A DNA stretch of 64,000 bases from Candidatus Marinacidobacterales bacterium (GCA_965224085.1 CBDCYI010000005.1:832001-896000), one strand, 5' to 3'. Counted from the stretch's first letter, positions 9,818 to 21,498 are shown. Program-made: numbers and translations. Notes: generated from the letters alone by a model not told the origin.

Positions 9818-11023
9818 ATGATTCTACGCCCAGAGCCAGTCTCGAGGATTCGCCGCGCACTCCGTCGAAGCCGGGTGGTGGCTTTGATAGGCCCACGCCA
9901 GTGCGGCAAGACCACGCTCGCTAGGCAAATCGTTCCGGAAGACTCGCTCAATTACTTCGACCTCGAACAACCCGAAAGTCTCGCGCGGCTGGACGAGCCG
10001 ATGACCGCGCTCCGGAAGCTCCGCGGTGTCGTCGTGATCGATGAGGTGCAACGGCGTCCCGAGCTCTTTCCGATCCTGCGGGCTCTCGCCGACAGGCGAC
10101 CGCTGCCAGCACGTTTTCTCGTTCTCGGTAGTGCTTCTCCCGGGCTGATGCGCCAATCTTCGGAATCTCTAGCGGGACGTGTCGAGACCATTACCTTGTC
10201 GGGTCTCAGCCTCGGGGAGGTCGGCGCGGACGCGGTGTCGCAGCACTGGCTACGCGGCGGGTATCCTCGTTCCTATCTTGCGGCGAGCCTTCCCGACAGC
10301 TATCGGTGGCGGCGCTCATTCGTTCAGACGTTTTTGGAGCGTGATTTGCCGCAGCTAGGTGTCACGATCCCGTCGGTAGCGCTCTTTCGATTCTGGACGA
10401 TGCTCGCTCACTATCACGGTCAGATCTGGAATGCGGCGGAGCCGGCTCGCTCACTGGGCGTGAGTGAACCGACGGTGCGTCGTTATCTCGATCTGTTGAC
10501 CGGGTTGTTCATGGTGAGGCAGTTGAAGCCATGGCGGGCGAATCTCGCGAAGCGTCAAGTGAAGGCGCCCAAGATATATCTCAGAGATAGCGGTCTCTTG
10601 CACCAATTGCTAGGCATTCGAACGCGCAAGGATTTGTTGTCCCATCCGAAGTCGGGCGCGTCATGGGAAGGCTACGCGCTCGAGGAGCTGCTGAAGATCG
10701 CGGATGTGGACGCGTACTACTTCTGGGCCACCCACGGTGGAGCCGAACTCGACCTGCTGCTCGTCGCCAACGGACGCAAGATCGGCGTCGAGTTCAAGCG
10801 TGTCGATGCCCCGAGGTTGACGCGCTCGATGCACATCGCGCTCGACGATCTCGGCCTCGACCACCTCGCTGTCATCTATCCGGGAGAAAAGGAGTATCCT
10901 CTCGGCGATCGCGTCACCGTCTTATCCGTCGCTACGCTCGGCTCCGTCGACGTGATGACGACTCTGATAACCGGCAAAAGGCGCTCCGCGGCGAGGGCGC
11001 TTCACGGTCGTCGCAAGAAGTAA
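9818..11023 (+). CDS. AAA_14 / DUF4143 family ATP-binding protein
   Basis: Walker A GPRQCGKT, Walker B VIDEVQ, LGSAS, C-terminal ELDLL...GVEFK. Confidence 0.9.
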   Translation: MILRPEPVSRIRRALRRSRVVALIGPRQCGKTTLARQIVPEDSLNYFDLEQPESLARLDEPMTALRKLRGVVVIDEVQRRPELFPILRALADRRPLPARFLVLGSASPGLMRQSSESLAGRVETITLSGLSLGEVGADAVSQHWLRGGYPRSYLAASLPDSYRWRRSFVQTFLERDLPQLGVTIPSVALFRFWTMLAHYHGQIWNAAEPARSLGVSEPTVRRYLDLLTGLFMVRQLKPWRANLAKRQVKAPKIYLRDSGLLHQLLGIRTRKDLLSHPKSGASWEGYALEELLKIADVDAYYFWATHGGAELDLLLVANGRKIGVEFKRVDAPRLTRSMHIALDDLGLDHLAVIYPGEKEYPLGDRVTVLSVATLGSVDVMTTLITGKRRSAARALHGRRKK

Positions 11024-11081
11024 CAGTCGCGTCATCCCTTCAACGCTACTGCAGATACCTCCCGTGGGCGAAACGACCTAG

Positions 11082-13083
11082 CCCATGTTTCCCTTTTAGG
11101 TCTCTAAGTCATCATAAACAAAGGACTGAGATCCGCGGTTTGTCTCTACGCTGACAGCACCTCCTCGGAGAAGGCTGGCGGGTCGCGTTCAACGATTCCG
11201 AGTGCAGTCAGGATCGAGTTGGCGCGAGCGGTGCCGCGCGTGACGACGCGCTTGGTCCGCCCAGAACCCAGCTGTAAGTCGACGAGCCGGACCGAGCGTA
11301 GCGCTTGTAGTGCCTCGGTTGCGGACAGGTCGAGTTCGGCGACCTTGAGCTTTTTCTCAAGAGCCCGATGCACAAGGAAGGCCAGCGTAGCTACGAAAAG
11401 ATGTGCCTCCACACGCTCATCGGTCTGGTGGTAAACGGGACGCATCTCAATGACATCCTTAAGGCATGAGAAGGCTCGCTCGACCTCGTTTAGGTCCTTG
11501 TAAAGGCGCACGGCGTCGACCGGAGAGAGGTTTTGCTCCTCGGTTTGAATAACGTACTTACCCTCGTAGGCTTGCTCGCGCTTGAGGTTGACCGGGTGCT
11601 CGAAGAAGCGGAAGCGAGCGTTTTTGTACTCCCAGTCGTAGTAACGGTGACCGTGGTGGCGTGCCTGTATGCGCGCGGCGGCGGCACCGATTTTCTCGGG
11701 GGCTTTCAATCGTCCCTCGCGCACGCGGCGCTCGAGGGCCTCGAATGCCGCACGGGCACGTCCCATGGCCCGCAGCCTCTGCCCGCGCTCGTAGGCGAGC
11801 CTTTCGTCGCTGTGAACGACGAAGATGCGCACGCCAGACTGCTCGGAGCGGACTTCTTGCACACGAGTCTTAGGTGGCTCGGCTTTTTCGCTCACCGTGA
11901 TGCCACCAGGGCAGTCGATCCACTCTCCGCTGGCGCGCTCGATGTAACGATAGACCTCCTCGCGCCGTCGTCTTTGCAGCCCGACGAGATAGCCCTGCTT
12001 GCGCGAGCGCACCACCGCCAGGCTGTCGCTCGTTACCATCCCTCGGTCGCCGACAAAAACCACGCGGTGCAAACCGAATCGTTCGTTGAGATCGTTGAGC
12101 ACCTGCGGCACCGTTTTCGCGTCACGCCAGTTGCCGGCGAAAACATGGTGGGCGATCGGCCAACCGTCCACCATCACCAGACCGACAAGCACTTGCCGGT
12201 TACGCGGTCTGCGGTCGCGACTGTAGCCATGGGCGCCGAGCCCCGGAGGGCCTTGACCTTCGAAGTACGTCGACGTCAGGTCGTAAAACACCATGTCAAC
12301 CTCAAGCGAAAACAGATCCCGCAAGCGCAAAAACAGCTCTTTCTCGATCTGTTCTTTGCGGGCATGCAGCTGGTCGAGCGTTCGGTACCATTGCTTGAGT
12401 TGGCAAAACTCCACGCGAACCCGCGGGGAGCGACTCGCTCGCCGCTCCCCATCATCGCGCCACTGCGGCACCCACCGCCGCCCCTGCCGGTCGCAGACGA
12501 AGTCGGTCTCGAGCCAGCGCGCCAGACCGTGCTCGCTTGACGGAGCACATAGCCGGTTGGCGACCAGCACCAAAGCTCGCTCGCTTAGCGCCACTCCGTC
12601 GCGCTTGCCGCGGCCTCCGAGCCGGTCGAGAATCTGCTCCAGTCCGAGCTCGCGCCACAGCGTCGCCGTCACCACCATCGGACCCCAATCCCACGCGTCT
12701 GCCCCCGCGATCTGCTCGGCTGCTCGCTCGGTGTCGGCCGGTTCACCGGCCCCAAGCAACCGATTGAGGGAGTCGAGATTGGCAACTAGGAGATCCTTGC
12801 GCCCCAAGTTGCACACTACGCGTTGCTTCGGCTTGCCGTGCTCCCGATACGACTCGACCAGGCGGACATACTCATGTTGAACCCCTTTGCCGCCTGCGGC
12901 CCGAACGATGCGGAAGAACATAACCTGTCCTCACGCATACTACATATCATTGTCCACGATTACAACGTATTAATGGCGCTCAAAGCACAATATCTGTCTC
13001 TACGTTTTGGGCAAATTCAACCCCCGTTCCTTTGAATTCAGTCACTTACGAGCGTTAGGGTGCCCATAAAGGGTAAACATGGG
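11082..13083 (-). mobile_element. IS1634-family element
   Basis: IRs CCCATGTTTCCCTTTTA and reverse complement CCCATGTTTACCCTTTA; CTAG on both flanks (11078-11081, 13084-13087). Confidence 0.85.
11146..12921 (-). CDS. IS1634-family transposase, 591 aa
   Basis: VFYDLTSTYFEG, GYSRD, VGDRGM, YKDLNEVERAF, RPVYH. Confidence 0.92.
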   Translation of the reverse strand: MFFRIVRAAGGKGVQHEYVRLVESYREHGKPKQRVVCNLGRKDLLVANLDSLNRLLGAGEPADTERAAEQIAGADAWDWGPMVVTATLWRELGLEQILDRLGGRGKRDGVALSERALVLVANRLCAPSSEHGLARWLETDFVCDRQGRRWVPQWRDDGERRASRSPRVRVEFCQLKQWYRTLDQLHARKEQIEKELFLRLRDLFSLEVDMVFYDLTSTYFEGQGPPGLGAHGYSRDRRPRNRQVLVGLVMVDGWPIAHHVFAGNWRDAKTVPQVLNDLNERFGLHRVVFVGDRGMVTSDSLAVVRSRKQGYLVGLQRRRREEVYRYIERASGEWIDCPGGITVSEKAEPPKTRVQEVRSEQSGVRIFVVHSDERLAYERGQRLRAMGRARAAFEALERRVREGRLKAPEKIGAAAARIQARHHGHRYYDWEYKNARFRFFEHPVNLKREQAYEGKYVIQTEEQNLSPVDAVRLYKDLNEVERAFSCLKDVIEMRPVYHQTDERVEAHLFVATLAFLVHRALEKKLKVAELDLSATEALQALRSVRLVDLQLGSGRTKRVVTRGTARANSILTALGIVERDPPAFSEEVLSA

Positions 13084-14024
13084 CTAGCCTGTTGTGCGGC
13101 AACTGGCCAGCGGCCGAGTACTCTGGACGTGAGAAAGAATCCAGATTTTGTGCTGAGGGCGACGTCCAGGACTCGATGATGATCGCGCAAAGGCGGATTG
13201 GTCGGTGGCCTTGAGTTTCGATGGTGTGCAGTGAAACGTCCGGCTGGGTGGTCAATCGCCGATCAGTTGGCGCTTATGCCGGTGCGAGTTTCGATATGAA
13301 CTTCGGCCTCCATCTGAGGCGATTCCATTGCTGGATATTGTAAGTGAGGGCGGTCCACAGAGATTCGGTGCGCACTTTGGTGATTCCGCGCACGCTAAAC
13401 TGCCGCAGGCCGAACTTGGTTTTGATCCAGAGGTTCGGAAACTCGGCCACCTGCGAGCGTGTCTTGTAGATTTCCTTGGCCTCGTCGGTCTGCATCTTGC
13501 ATCGGAACTCGACGATGTCGGGCAAAGGTTCACTCCGCTCGATCGAGCGGCCGTGCCGCGTACGAGGACAACATTGATCTTTGGCCGGACAGCTCTGACA
13601 GTCTTGCTTCGACACCTTGTATCGATAGCGCATCGAGCTATGGCTTTCGAGCTTAGCGTCGTAGCGTAGGTGCTTGCCCTGCGGGCACACATACGTGTTC
13701 GTCCCCTTATCGAAGACAAACTTCGACGCCTCGTATTCCTCACTCACTCCGTGGTGCTTATACGACTTACCCCGATTGAGCACTGCTGCCTTGTTGTCGG
13801 ATTGGGGGCCGATAAGCTCGATGTCACGCTTCGTCATCTCCGTAATGTTGTTGTTACTGATGTAGCCCCCATCCACGACCATCTGCTCGGGTGCACGCTG
13901 CATGCTCTGTTCAATCCGCTCTATCGCTGGTGTCAGCTGCCGATAATCGCTGCCCGCCTGCGTGGCTTCGATGTCGACAATCAAGCCATGCGCGGCATCC
14001 GTTGAGACCTGCACGTTGTAGCTA

Positions 14025-15708
14025 GTACCCGTCCTGACAGGTGTAAGAGGTTGAGAAAAAAGGGGTAATCGCAAATTTAGGGCTAGCCTTCTGAGGGAGT
14101 GTCGTTTAGTATCGAGTCGACAAAAACGCAGATTCTAAACGACTTAACTCCAAAGGAGACCAGCCCTAAATGCGAAAAACGATCAACCCACAACCAAGCC
14201 TTCGCGAGCCCTGGCTGGAGCTGGAGCACGCACGCGAGCTCGAAACGATATCATCGCTGCTCGATGCCCATCCTAAGCTCAATGAGCTGGTACTGCAAGA
14301 CCTGAGGTCGGTCACCCCATCGGCAGGGAGCGATGTTGGTCGTGGGGGAATGAGCGCGGAGCAGGTTCTCCGGGCGTTGTTGGTCAAGCAGCTGAATCAG
14401 TTCACCTATCGGGAGCTGGCGTTTCACTTGGCAGACTCTCGAAGCTATCGGACGTTTTGCCAGCTCGGCATCATAGAGCCGAGCCCGTCGAAGTCGACCC
14501 TAGCAGCAAACATCAAAGCCGTGAAGTTCGAAACGCTGGAGAAAATCAACCGAGAGTTGGTGAGTGTTGCCGAGAAGACCGCGATCGAAAAAGGAAGAAA
14601 AGTACGAGTGGACTGCACGGTAGTGGAGTCGAATATTCATTCTCCTACGGACTCCGAGCTTCTTTATGACTGCGTCCGAGTTCTCACTCGCCTCATGTGC
14701 CGAACTCGCGAACTGCTGGGTACAGTAGTGGTCTTCGGCAATCGAACGCGTCGAGCGAAGAGACGTCGACTGGGAGTTCTAAACGCGAAGGATAAGGAAC
14801 AAAGGCGTCGCGTCTATCGAGATCTACTGAAGGTGTCGGAAGAAACCTATCGCTCCGCTCAACGCGTTGCAGACCAGTTGGACGAGTCCGGCTTGACCGA
14901 GCCGGTGAAGCGAGCGAGTGCGGAGAAGATCGCCGCGGATTTTAAGCACTTTCTCGTCCTCACCGAAAAAGTCATCAACCAAACTCGGCGTAGAGTGATT
15001 GATGAAGAGCGTGTGCCTGCGGAGGAAAAGGTCGTTTCGATCTTCGAAGAACACACCGACATTATTCGCAAAGACCGGCGCGAGACTCTCTACGGTCACA
15101 AGGTGTGTTTGACTGGTGGCTCGTCCTCGATGATTTTGGATTGCGTGATCTTGGATGGGAATCCGTCCGATTCAACTCTCGCGGAAACCATGATCGACCG
15201 TCAAGTCGAACTCTACGAACGGGCCCCGCGCCAGGTTGCCTACGATGGCGCGTTTTCTTCAAAGGCAAACTTGGAAGCCATCAAAGGCAAGGGAGTTGAA
15301 GATGTTGCCTTTACCAAGGCTCACTTCGCGGTGACCGATATGGTCAAGAGTTCCTGGGTCTATCAACGCCTACGGCGATTTCGCTGCGGAATCGAAGGCG
15401 TCATTTCGTTCTTGAAACGAGTCTTTGGTCTCGACCGATGCACATGGCGCTCATTGCCTTCTTTCAAATCCTACGTATGGAGTTCCATCATCACCTGCAA
15501 CCTGTTGGTAATGGCAAGGCACCTATTACGATAATAATGATTACTCTTACTGCGTTTATAGCCATGGATTGCTGACGATTCGCCTCTCGTTTCGTCCAAG
15601 ATTTTCATTCGCTTCCGAGCCTACGAGGTGCCGACTGAAAACGTATAATACCCACATCTTCGATAGGCCTCTCGTACACCACAAGTTATGGTGTTTCTGG
15701 ACAGGAAC
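14025..15708 (+). mobile_element. IS-B copy 2 (complete)
   Basis: 1684 bp; clean 6-bp target duplication TAGCTA at 14019-14024 and 15709-15714. Confidence 0.95.
14170..15534 (+). CDS. ISNCY/IS5-like DDE transposase, 454 aa
   Basis: Protein identical to 2224..3588. Confidence 0.92.
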   Translation: MRKTINPQPSLREPWLELEHARELETISSLLDAHPKLNELVLQDLRSVTPSAGSDVGRGGMSAEQVLRALLVKQLNQFTYRELAFHLADSRSYRTFCQLGIIEPSPSKSTLAANIKAVKFETLEKINRELVSVAEKTAIEKGRKVRVDCTVVESNIHSPTDSELLYDCVRVLTRLMCRTRELLGTVVVFGNRTRRAKRRRLGVLNAKDKEQRRRVYRDLLKVSEETYRSAQRVADQLDESGLTEPVKRASAEKIAADFKHFLVLTEKVINQTRRRVIDEERVPAEEKVVSIFEEHTDIIRKDRRETLYGHKVCLTGGSSSMILDCVILDGNPSDSTLAETMIDRQVELYERAPRQVAYDGAFSSKANLEAIKGKGVEDVAFTKAHFAVTDMVKSSWVYQRLRRFRCGIEGVISFLKRVFGLDRCTWRSLPSFKSYVWSSIITCNLLVMARHLLR

Positions 15709-16515
15709 TAGCTAGGGGCCGAGCCGCCCTCGGCTTGCTTCATCACACGCGCGTCCGGATCGGTCGTGCTTGCGCGGTCGACCCGGCTTTTCGCCGCTTT
15801 CAGCTTGTCGTATTCCTTCAACGCTGATTCCAGATGCTCCTTTCTCTCTCGCGCGGCGCGTTGATGTGCAGCTTGTCCCTGGCGCGTTGAATCTTCCTCC
15901 GTCTGCTTTTCAAGAGCCTCGACTGCCTTACGCGCATGCTCCAGATATTCCTCGACTCGACCCTTCGTGCGGAAACTATTCCCCGATGCGTTCGCCCGAA
16001 TCCGCGTCCCATCCAGCATGACTCGCTCGAGCGTGATCAATCCGTCCGCACTCAAAAGACCCAACGTTTGTACAAACAATTCGTGCAGCGCCTCGGCATG
16101 GGTCACCCGAAAGTCCGATAGCGTATGGGCACTGATGCTCTGCATTCCCGTCAGCCATTGATACGCCGGGTGATGCTCGCACAGCCGCTCAATCGCGCGC
16201 GCCGAACTCACCGACTGACTGTAGCTGTAGACCCAAAGGCTCACCAGTAGATGCGGATCGAATGCAGGCCGCCCTGCACCACCCTCGACCGAGTGGACCT
16301 GCTCCGTATACCCGCTGAGGTCCAGCCGACCCACGAACTCCCAGATCGCTCGCGCTGCGTGATCCTCTGGAATCAACTGCTCAACGTCCACCGTCCGCAA
16401 CAGCAGCTGCGCCCGATCCACAACCTTCAACCGAGCTTGTGTCGCGCGCGCTCCTTCATCACCGTCATCGCCACGTTTTCGCGGACTCGGCATACCAGGT
16501 AGCGATGCTTGCTTC

Positions 16516-16707
16516 TCACCCACGTTTACCACGCTTCACCCGCGGCGTCCGACGAACTATCAGTGTGTTCCGATCCTCGACGACCCACTCAAGCTCCTCG
16601 CCAGGCTCCATCTCCAGCGCCTGCGCCAAAGGCGACGGGCAAATCACATAGAACTGACGCGTATCGTTGGCTCGCTTTATCACCTGCAGCTTCGTCACGT
16701 ATCCCAT
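16516..16707 (-). CDS. AbrB/MazE-like small DNA-binding protein inside the IS1182 element
   Basis: QFYVICPSPLAQALEMEPGEELEWVVED pattern; overlaps the transposase start. Confidence 0.7.
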   Translation of the reverse strand: MGYVTKLQVIKRANDTRQFYVICPSPLAQALEMEPGEELEWVVEDRNTLIVRRTPRVKRGKRG

Positions 16708-16858
16708 GATGGGCTTACGCTAAAGCATAGCGATAACACTAGTCAAGTATTAATTTTTTCTCACGTCCTCGGTCCGGACAGAGTAGCTTGAGAAACTACT
16801 TTAACTGTAGGCTCTGCGCTTCGATACAGCGCTAGCCAGCTCGTCTCGGCGTCGCACT

Positions 16859-19800
16859 TTACCTAAGCGTCATAGCGGGGTCGCCGAAGAGGTTGTAGAT
16901 GCTCAGAAGCTCGGGGAAAGCGCCCGTTTCGGCGTAGGCTTCTTGCGCGGCGAGCACCGCGTCGCCCAGACGCTCGTGGTTTCCATCGACCAGCTCACGT
17001 AGTAGCGCTTGGTGGAATCGGTGCGCGGGGTCGTTCACGCTCAGCCCGCTCGGCGAGAACGCGGCGATGGCGCCCTTGTCCGTCGCCTTCACCAGCTCTT
17101 CGCTCAGCGAGTCGAGCGTCGGGAGGTGGAAGAAGCCGTTCAAGCAGTTCATGGTCAGCAGAATCGGTTGCTGCGCCTGGCTCGAAAGCGAGGCGACATC
17201 GGTGTAGTTGAAGACGTTCTCCGATGCCCACACCACGATGCCTCCATGGCCGATGTAGCTCACGATCGAGGCCCCCCCGTCGAAGCTCTGTAGGATCGCT
17301 TCGCGCGTCGCTGCCGTTCCGAGCTCGCTCAACGCGATCGTCTCCGTGGGTCGCGAGGCGAGCACTCCCGTCGTTAACGTGCTCGCGTTCGCTTCAAAGT
17401 TACCCGCCGTGTCCGCATTGTCCGCGACCAGTACGACGCGACCCGATAGGGTCGCGTCGCCCCGCTCATAACCCAAAATCTTAGCGACCATCTCTTCCGC
17501 TTCGCCCACCGAGCTCGCCGCGAGCCGACCAAGCGCGATATCCGGCAGCAAATCCTCACCGTTGACCGCCGCGTAGGCCGGGTCCGACGCCGTCCACATG
17601 TACGTCGTCTTCACGATCAAAGGCGGCACTTGGTTCGCGATACCTGTCTCCAGGTAGTCCTTAAAGTCGTACGTCGCGTCTCCCAAGAGCACCACGTAGC
17701 GCAGCGACGGCCGGCGCCAGTTGTGATACGCGTAGCGCAGGAACTCGCGAAGCGCTTCGGGCGACGTCTCTCCAAAGCCGAACTCCGCGTAGACGTCCTC
17801 GAGCGCGACCGACTTCACTTTCAGTCCTTGTTGCCGGCGCTGCTTGAGAAGAGGCGTTGCCGCCCCTAGGAAAGCTCGCTGGCCGACCAAGAGATATTCA
17901 GCGCGGTTCCCTCGGCTCTTCAAACGCGTCGTGGGCATCGCCCGCACTTCGGGTCGGCGTACCGATGCCGCGCTCACCGCGTAGTAGGTTTCGCCGGACT
18001 CCGCTCGGAAGCGCACACGGCTCGCATCGTTTTGGACGCCGCTCAGCCAACGCGGGTGCGCACGGCTCAGCTCGAGCACGTGGGCTTCGGGGCCCAAACC
18101 GCTCACTTCCGCGGTGCCGGACTCCTTCCACACGCCTTCGAGCTCACCGTTGTCAGCAACAGGCACGCGCGGGTAGCTCAGCGCGAAGCGGTCGAGCAGG
18201 ACCATCGAGTACGCAGCACCCGTGTCGCCCACGTTCTCGACCTCGAGCGTGTTCTCTCCTTCAACGAGCACACCCGGCAGCAGCGCGACATCGAGACGCC
18301 GCGACGTTTTGCCGTCCCAGCTCGACTCACCCACCAAGCTTCCATTCACGTACACGCGCACGTGGTGGTCCGGGTCGGCCTCGAAGTCGGTTACGCCTTG
18401 AAGCCATACGGTCAAGCTCGAGCTGTCCGTCGTTGACGCGAGCGCGCTCACTTCGAACGGGTAGCTCTTCGTCACCGGTGCGAATAGAAGGTCCCATAGC
18501 CATAGATCGGGAGCGGCTTTCTCAGTGAGGGCGGCTTGGTAGTAGCGATTCTGCTCTTGCTCCACGCGCTTCATGTAAAACGTCGTTGGGCCGCCTGACG
18601 GCGCTGCCGATCGGCTCTGCATCCTCGCGCCCGTCCGGCCCATCTCGAGCTCGTAGACGGCCTCGTTGCCGTACGGATTCAACGAAGCGCCTTCGCTCAT
18701 AAAGTACAACGTCGAGCCCGGTTGGAAGCGCGGCCGGTTGGGCTCCAAGTGGAACGCCACCGCTTTTCCTTGACGGCTCAGTCTCAGCGAGCGGGCGGGC
18801 ACACTGCGGCTTCCGCTCATCACATCTTCGTAGCGCACCGCGTAGAGACCTGGCTCCACCGCTGCGAGCCGTTTCGCCACGCTTCTTTCGTCGTGGCTTC
18901 GTCGCCTTCGGTAGCGGCGGCCTCGTCGTCCGCGCGTGGCTTCTTCGGAAGGATCCGGCGTCCGGAACGACACGCGCACCACGAGTCGACGTGCCAACAG
19001 GAGCTGGCCTCGCGTCCCATCCCAGCGCAGCGGCGCCAGCTCCACCAGAGCTTTTTTCACTTCGCCTTGGAAACCCACTTCCAAAAGACGCGCCGCGCTC
19101 GAGGGGCTCAGTCCTTCGCCGCGGAACGCCGTGCGCGCTCGGCGATTCAACGCGCGTACCGTGCCGTCGCGCGACGCCACGAGCTCCGGCATCGCCGCTT
19201 GCGACGGGCGCAAGCTCGTGAACGCCTCCACATCGCGCGCCCTCACCGAGACCAGCTCGACTTTGCGGCCCGCGATCGCTTCCACCCACTGGCGCTTCAC
19301 TGGCAGCGCCGGAGCGCTCGCTTCGCCCAGCTCCGCGAAGCCCGGGATGCTCAGACGCACCGAAGGTCGTGCACGATGATGCTGTCGAACCGAACGTCCG
19401 TCGCGACCGTCTCGGCTCGGAACCCATCGATACCGCGCGCATTGGTGATGCCCGACCCATCGAGCTCGATCCCCGTGAAGCGTACGTGCTGGTCCGTAAT
19501 GTTGATGATGTCCACGTCGGCGCCGGGCGATGCGATCACGGGTGCGATGCGACATCCAATTCCCGCCACTCCCTCGTGCCGCTGGGGACTTCCGACCTCA
19601 CCGAGCGAGAACGGTGCATAGAGATGGATGTACGCGTCCGCGCCGGTGGTGTAGCCGTCGATGAGGACGCCCGCTGTTTCCTGGATGGGGCCGTCTTCGT
19701 AGCAGGGCCAGTTGAGCTGGTAGCCGTTGGTGGCGAGGTCCGCGGTGTTCAAGTGGAAGGCGTCGGAGCTCTCCGCCTCGGCCTCGGTGACCGAGTTGAA

Positions 19801-21213
19801 CGCACGGTAGATCTCGAGGTTCGAGCTAGCGAACGAGACGTTCGGGTCCGCCGGCGTGCCACCGCCCGCTGCCGAGTCCTGGATCCGAAACTGCGTCGAC
19901 GAGATGCGGCTCGAGATGTAATACCGCCTCGTCGAGGCGCCGACCCGAATTTCGTCGCCTACGCCGACCCGCTTCGCCGCGGGAGCGTCGAGCGTCAGCA
20001 AGCCCGCGGCCGCGGAGCCCGTCGACACGTGGAGCGCCGCGGTCTCCGTCCCGATCGAGTAGTACAACCTCGGCGTGAACGCGACCACGGCCCATCCGAA
20101 GTCCGCGGTGGTGCCCCCGGTCAATTGGCGTCTCAGCCTCACTTGGGTGGGGTTGATGACGTTCTGTTGGAACCAGGCGACCCCAGGAATGTCGTTCGAC
20201 TGGTAGGGCGACTTGCCCCCTATCTGCAGGTACCCGCCCGCGGCCATCGACCAGGCCGGGTCCACCTGGGGGGCGAACGTTGCGACCTTGTTCGTCTGGG
20301 TGTTGGTGAAGTTCATGTTGCCGTGCCGCACCGTCGTGCCGTCGGTGAACTCGACCAGGTACCACGTGAGGTTGATGGATACACTGCCCCCGGTGCGGTC
20401 CCGATCGAAGTTGAGGTTCGTCGGGCTCGTGATCCGGCCGCGGACCAGGCCCCTCCCGATCCTCGGGTTCGTTCCGCCACTACCCGTTTCGAGGCTGTAG
20501 AGGAGCCACGACTTCGTGGTGTCGACGGCGGGGGTGAGGGTCGCGTTCTGGGATGCGGAGCTCGCACCGAAGTTGACGTTCCCGCTCTGGACCCTGGCGC
20601 CGGTGTACTCGACCACCTGCCACGCGATCCGGGCCCCACCGCCGGTGTGATCCAGTCGGAGGTTCGTGGGGCTCGTCAGCTCCGCCCGAATGAAGTCGTC
20701 CCGGTCGAAGTCGCCGCCGGCTTCCCGGATCGTGACGATGGGGAAGGATTTCGACAGGTCGACCGCCGTTGTGAGGGTGACGTCGAAATTCGGCTGCGGA
20801 GCCGCATAGACCTCGCCGTGCTGGACGAACACGCCCGAGGAGAACTCGGCCACCTTCCAGTGGATCGTCATAGCGGTGCCGCCGCTCGCGCATTGGGCTC
20901 TTTCGAACCGGAGCGTCGTGCCACCGGGGAGGATCCGGCCCGTCGCCTTCGTTCTGCCTGCCCAGAGCCCGTTGTTGCGTTGGCTAAAGACGAGAAAGGA
21001 ACGGTCGCGGGTTACCGGGTTGAATTGAGGCGCGGTGACGTCGACGATGCAGGTCGTGTTGGCCATGGTGAAAGACCCTTTCTGCACCTTGTGGATCGTC
21101 GCCGCCTGAGCCGGCGGGGCGAGAGCAGCTGCGCCCACGAGCGCCAGGCAGAGGAGACCCGCTCCGCGAATGGCCTGCCCCGGAACCGTCCTCCGTTCAT
21201 CAGCGATCGTCAT
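16859..21213 (-). pseudogene. Giant secreted multidomain protein, copy 2, with a complete C25 cysteine peptidase domain; internal out-of-frame deletion
   Basis: ORF 19351..21213 (signal peptide, repeats) joins ORF 16859..19555 out of frame near 19362; ~2.2 kb present in copy 1 (about 5522-7710) is missing. Catalytic motifs SYIGHGG and MNCLNG, end YNLFGDPAM. Confidence 0.82.
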
Positions 21214-21233
21214 TGCTCCCCTTCGTCGCTATT

Positions 21234-21249
21234 TGCAATGAACGCGCCA
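21234..21249 (-). promoter_or_regulatory. Sigma-54 promoter of C25 gene copy 2
   Basis: Minus strand TGGCGC-GTTCA-TTGCA, followed by RBS-like GAAGGGGAG and ATG 21213. Confidence 0.78.
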
Positions 21250-21327
21250 ACACCGAGGCTCGTCGATTCTTGTAAATGATTACGTTTGAACGTGTTGAGC
21301 TCGGAGAAAATCCATGGCGGCAGCGTG

Positions 21328-21368
21328 GTGTGGGAATTTCTGGGCAAAACGATGGTGATTTGCCTACA
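21328..21368 (-). promoter_or_regulatory. Putative enhancer (UAS)
   Basis: Minus strand TGTAGGCAAATCACCAT...TTCCCACA, with the same 119-bp offset from the -24 box as in copy 1. Confidence 0.6.
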
Positions 21369-21498
21369 CCCGTCCGCGACAGGATGCTCGGCGTGGGACG
21401 GTACTCGAGAAGCTAAGCCGGCCCTACAGAGTGTAATGTGTTAGGGGCGGACACGATCCGCCGCGCGCCGATACCCGTCTATCTTTCGTACACGTGCT

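Larger units (their letters stand above)
13274..16532 (-). pseudogene. IS1182-family transposase split by IS-B
   Basis: The 5' half (GRPAFDP, LDGTRIRANAS, TTDPDARVMK...SAPS) joins the 3' half (YNVQ..., VDGGY, CPQG, RSQVAEFP) when 14025-15714 is removed. Confidence 0.9.
13125..16768 (-). mobile_element. IS1182-family element interrupted by IS-B copy 2
   Basis: IRs GGACGTGAGAAA (13125) and TTTCTCACGTCC (16757-16768) enclose a split transposase and an AbrB-like ORF. Confidence 0.8.

Noticed and set aside
9555-9896. N-terminal 114 aa of the 1852-aa ORF
   Set aside because: Overlaps the sigma-54 promoter, the UAS and the divergent ATPase gene; the signal peptide begins at 9554
16859-19360. Assigning the C25 protein as T9SS PorU
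   Set aside because: It ends right after the catalytic domain with no T9SS C-terminal sorting domain, and no por/spr genes are in the window
19369-21279. Long plus-strand ORF (636 aa) and similar antisense ORFs such as 5742..7526, 30806..32257 and 38106..39185
   Set aside because: Shadow frames of well-supported genes on the opposite strand, expected in GC-rich DNA; no recognisable motifs
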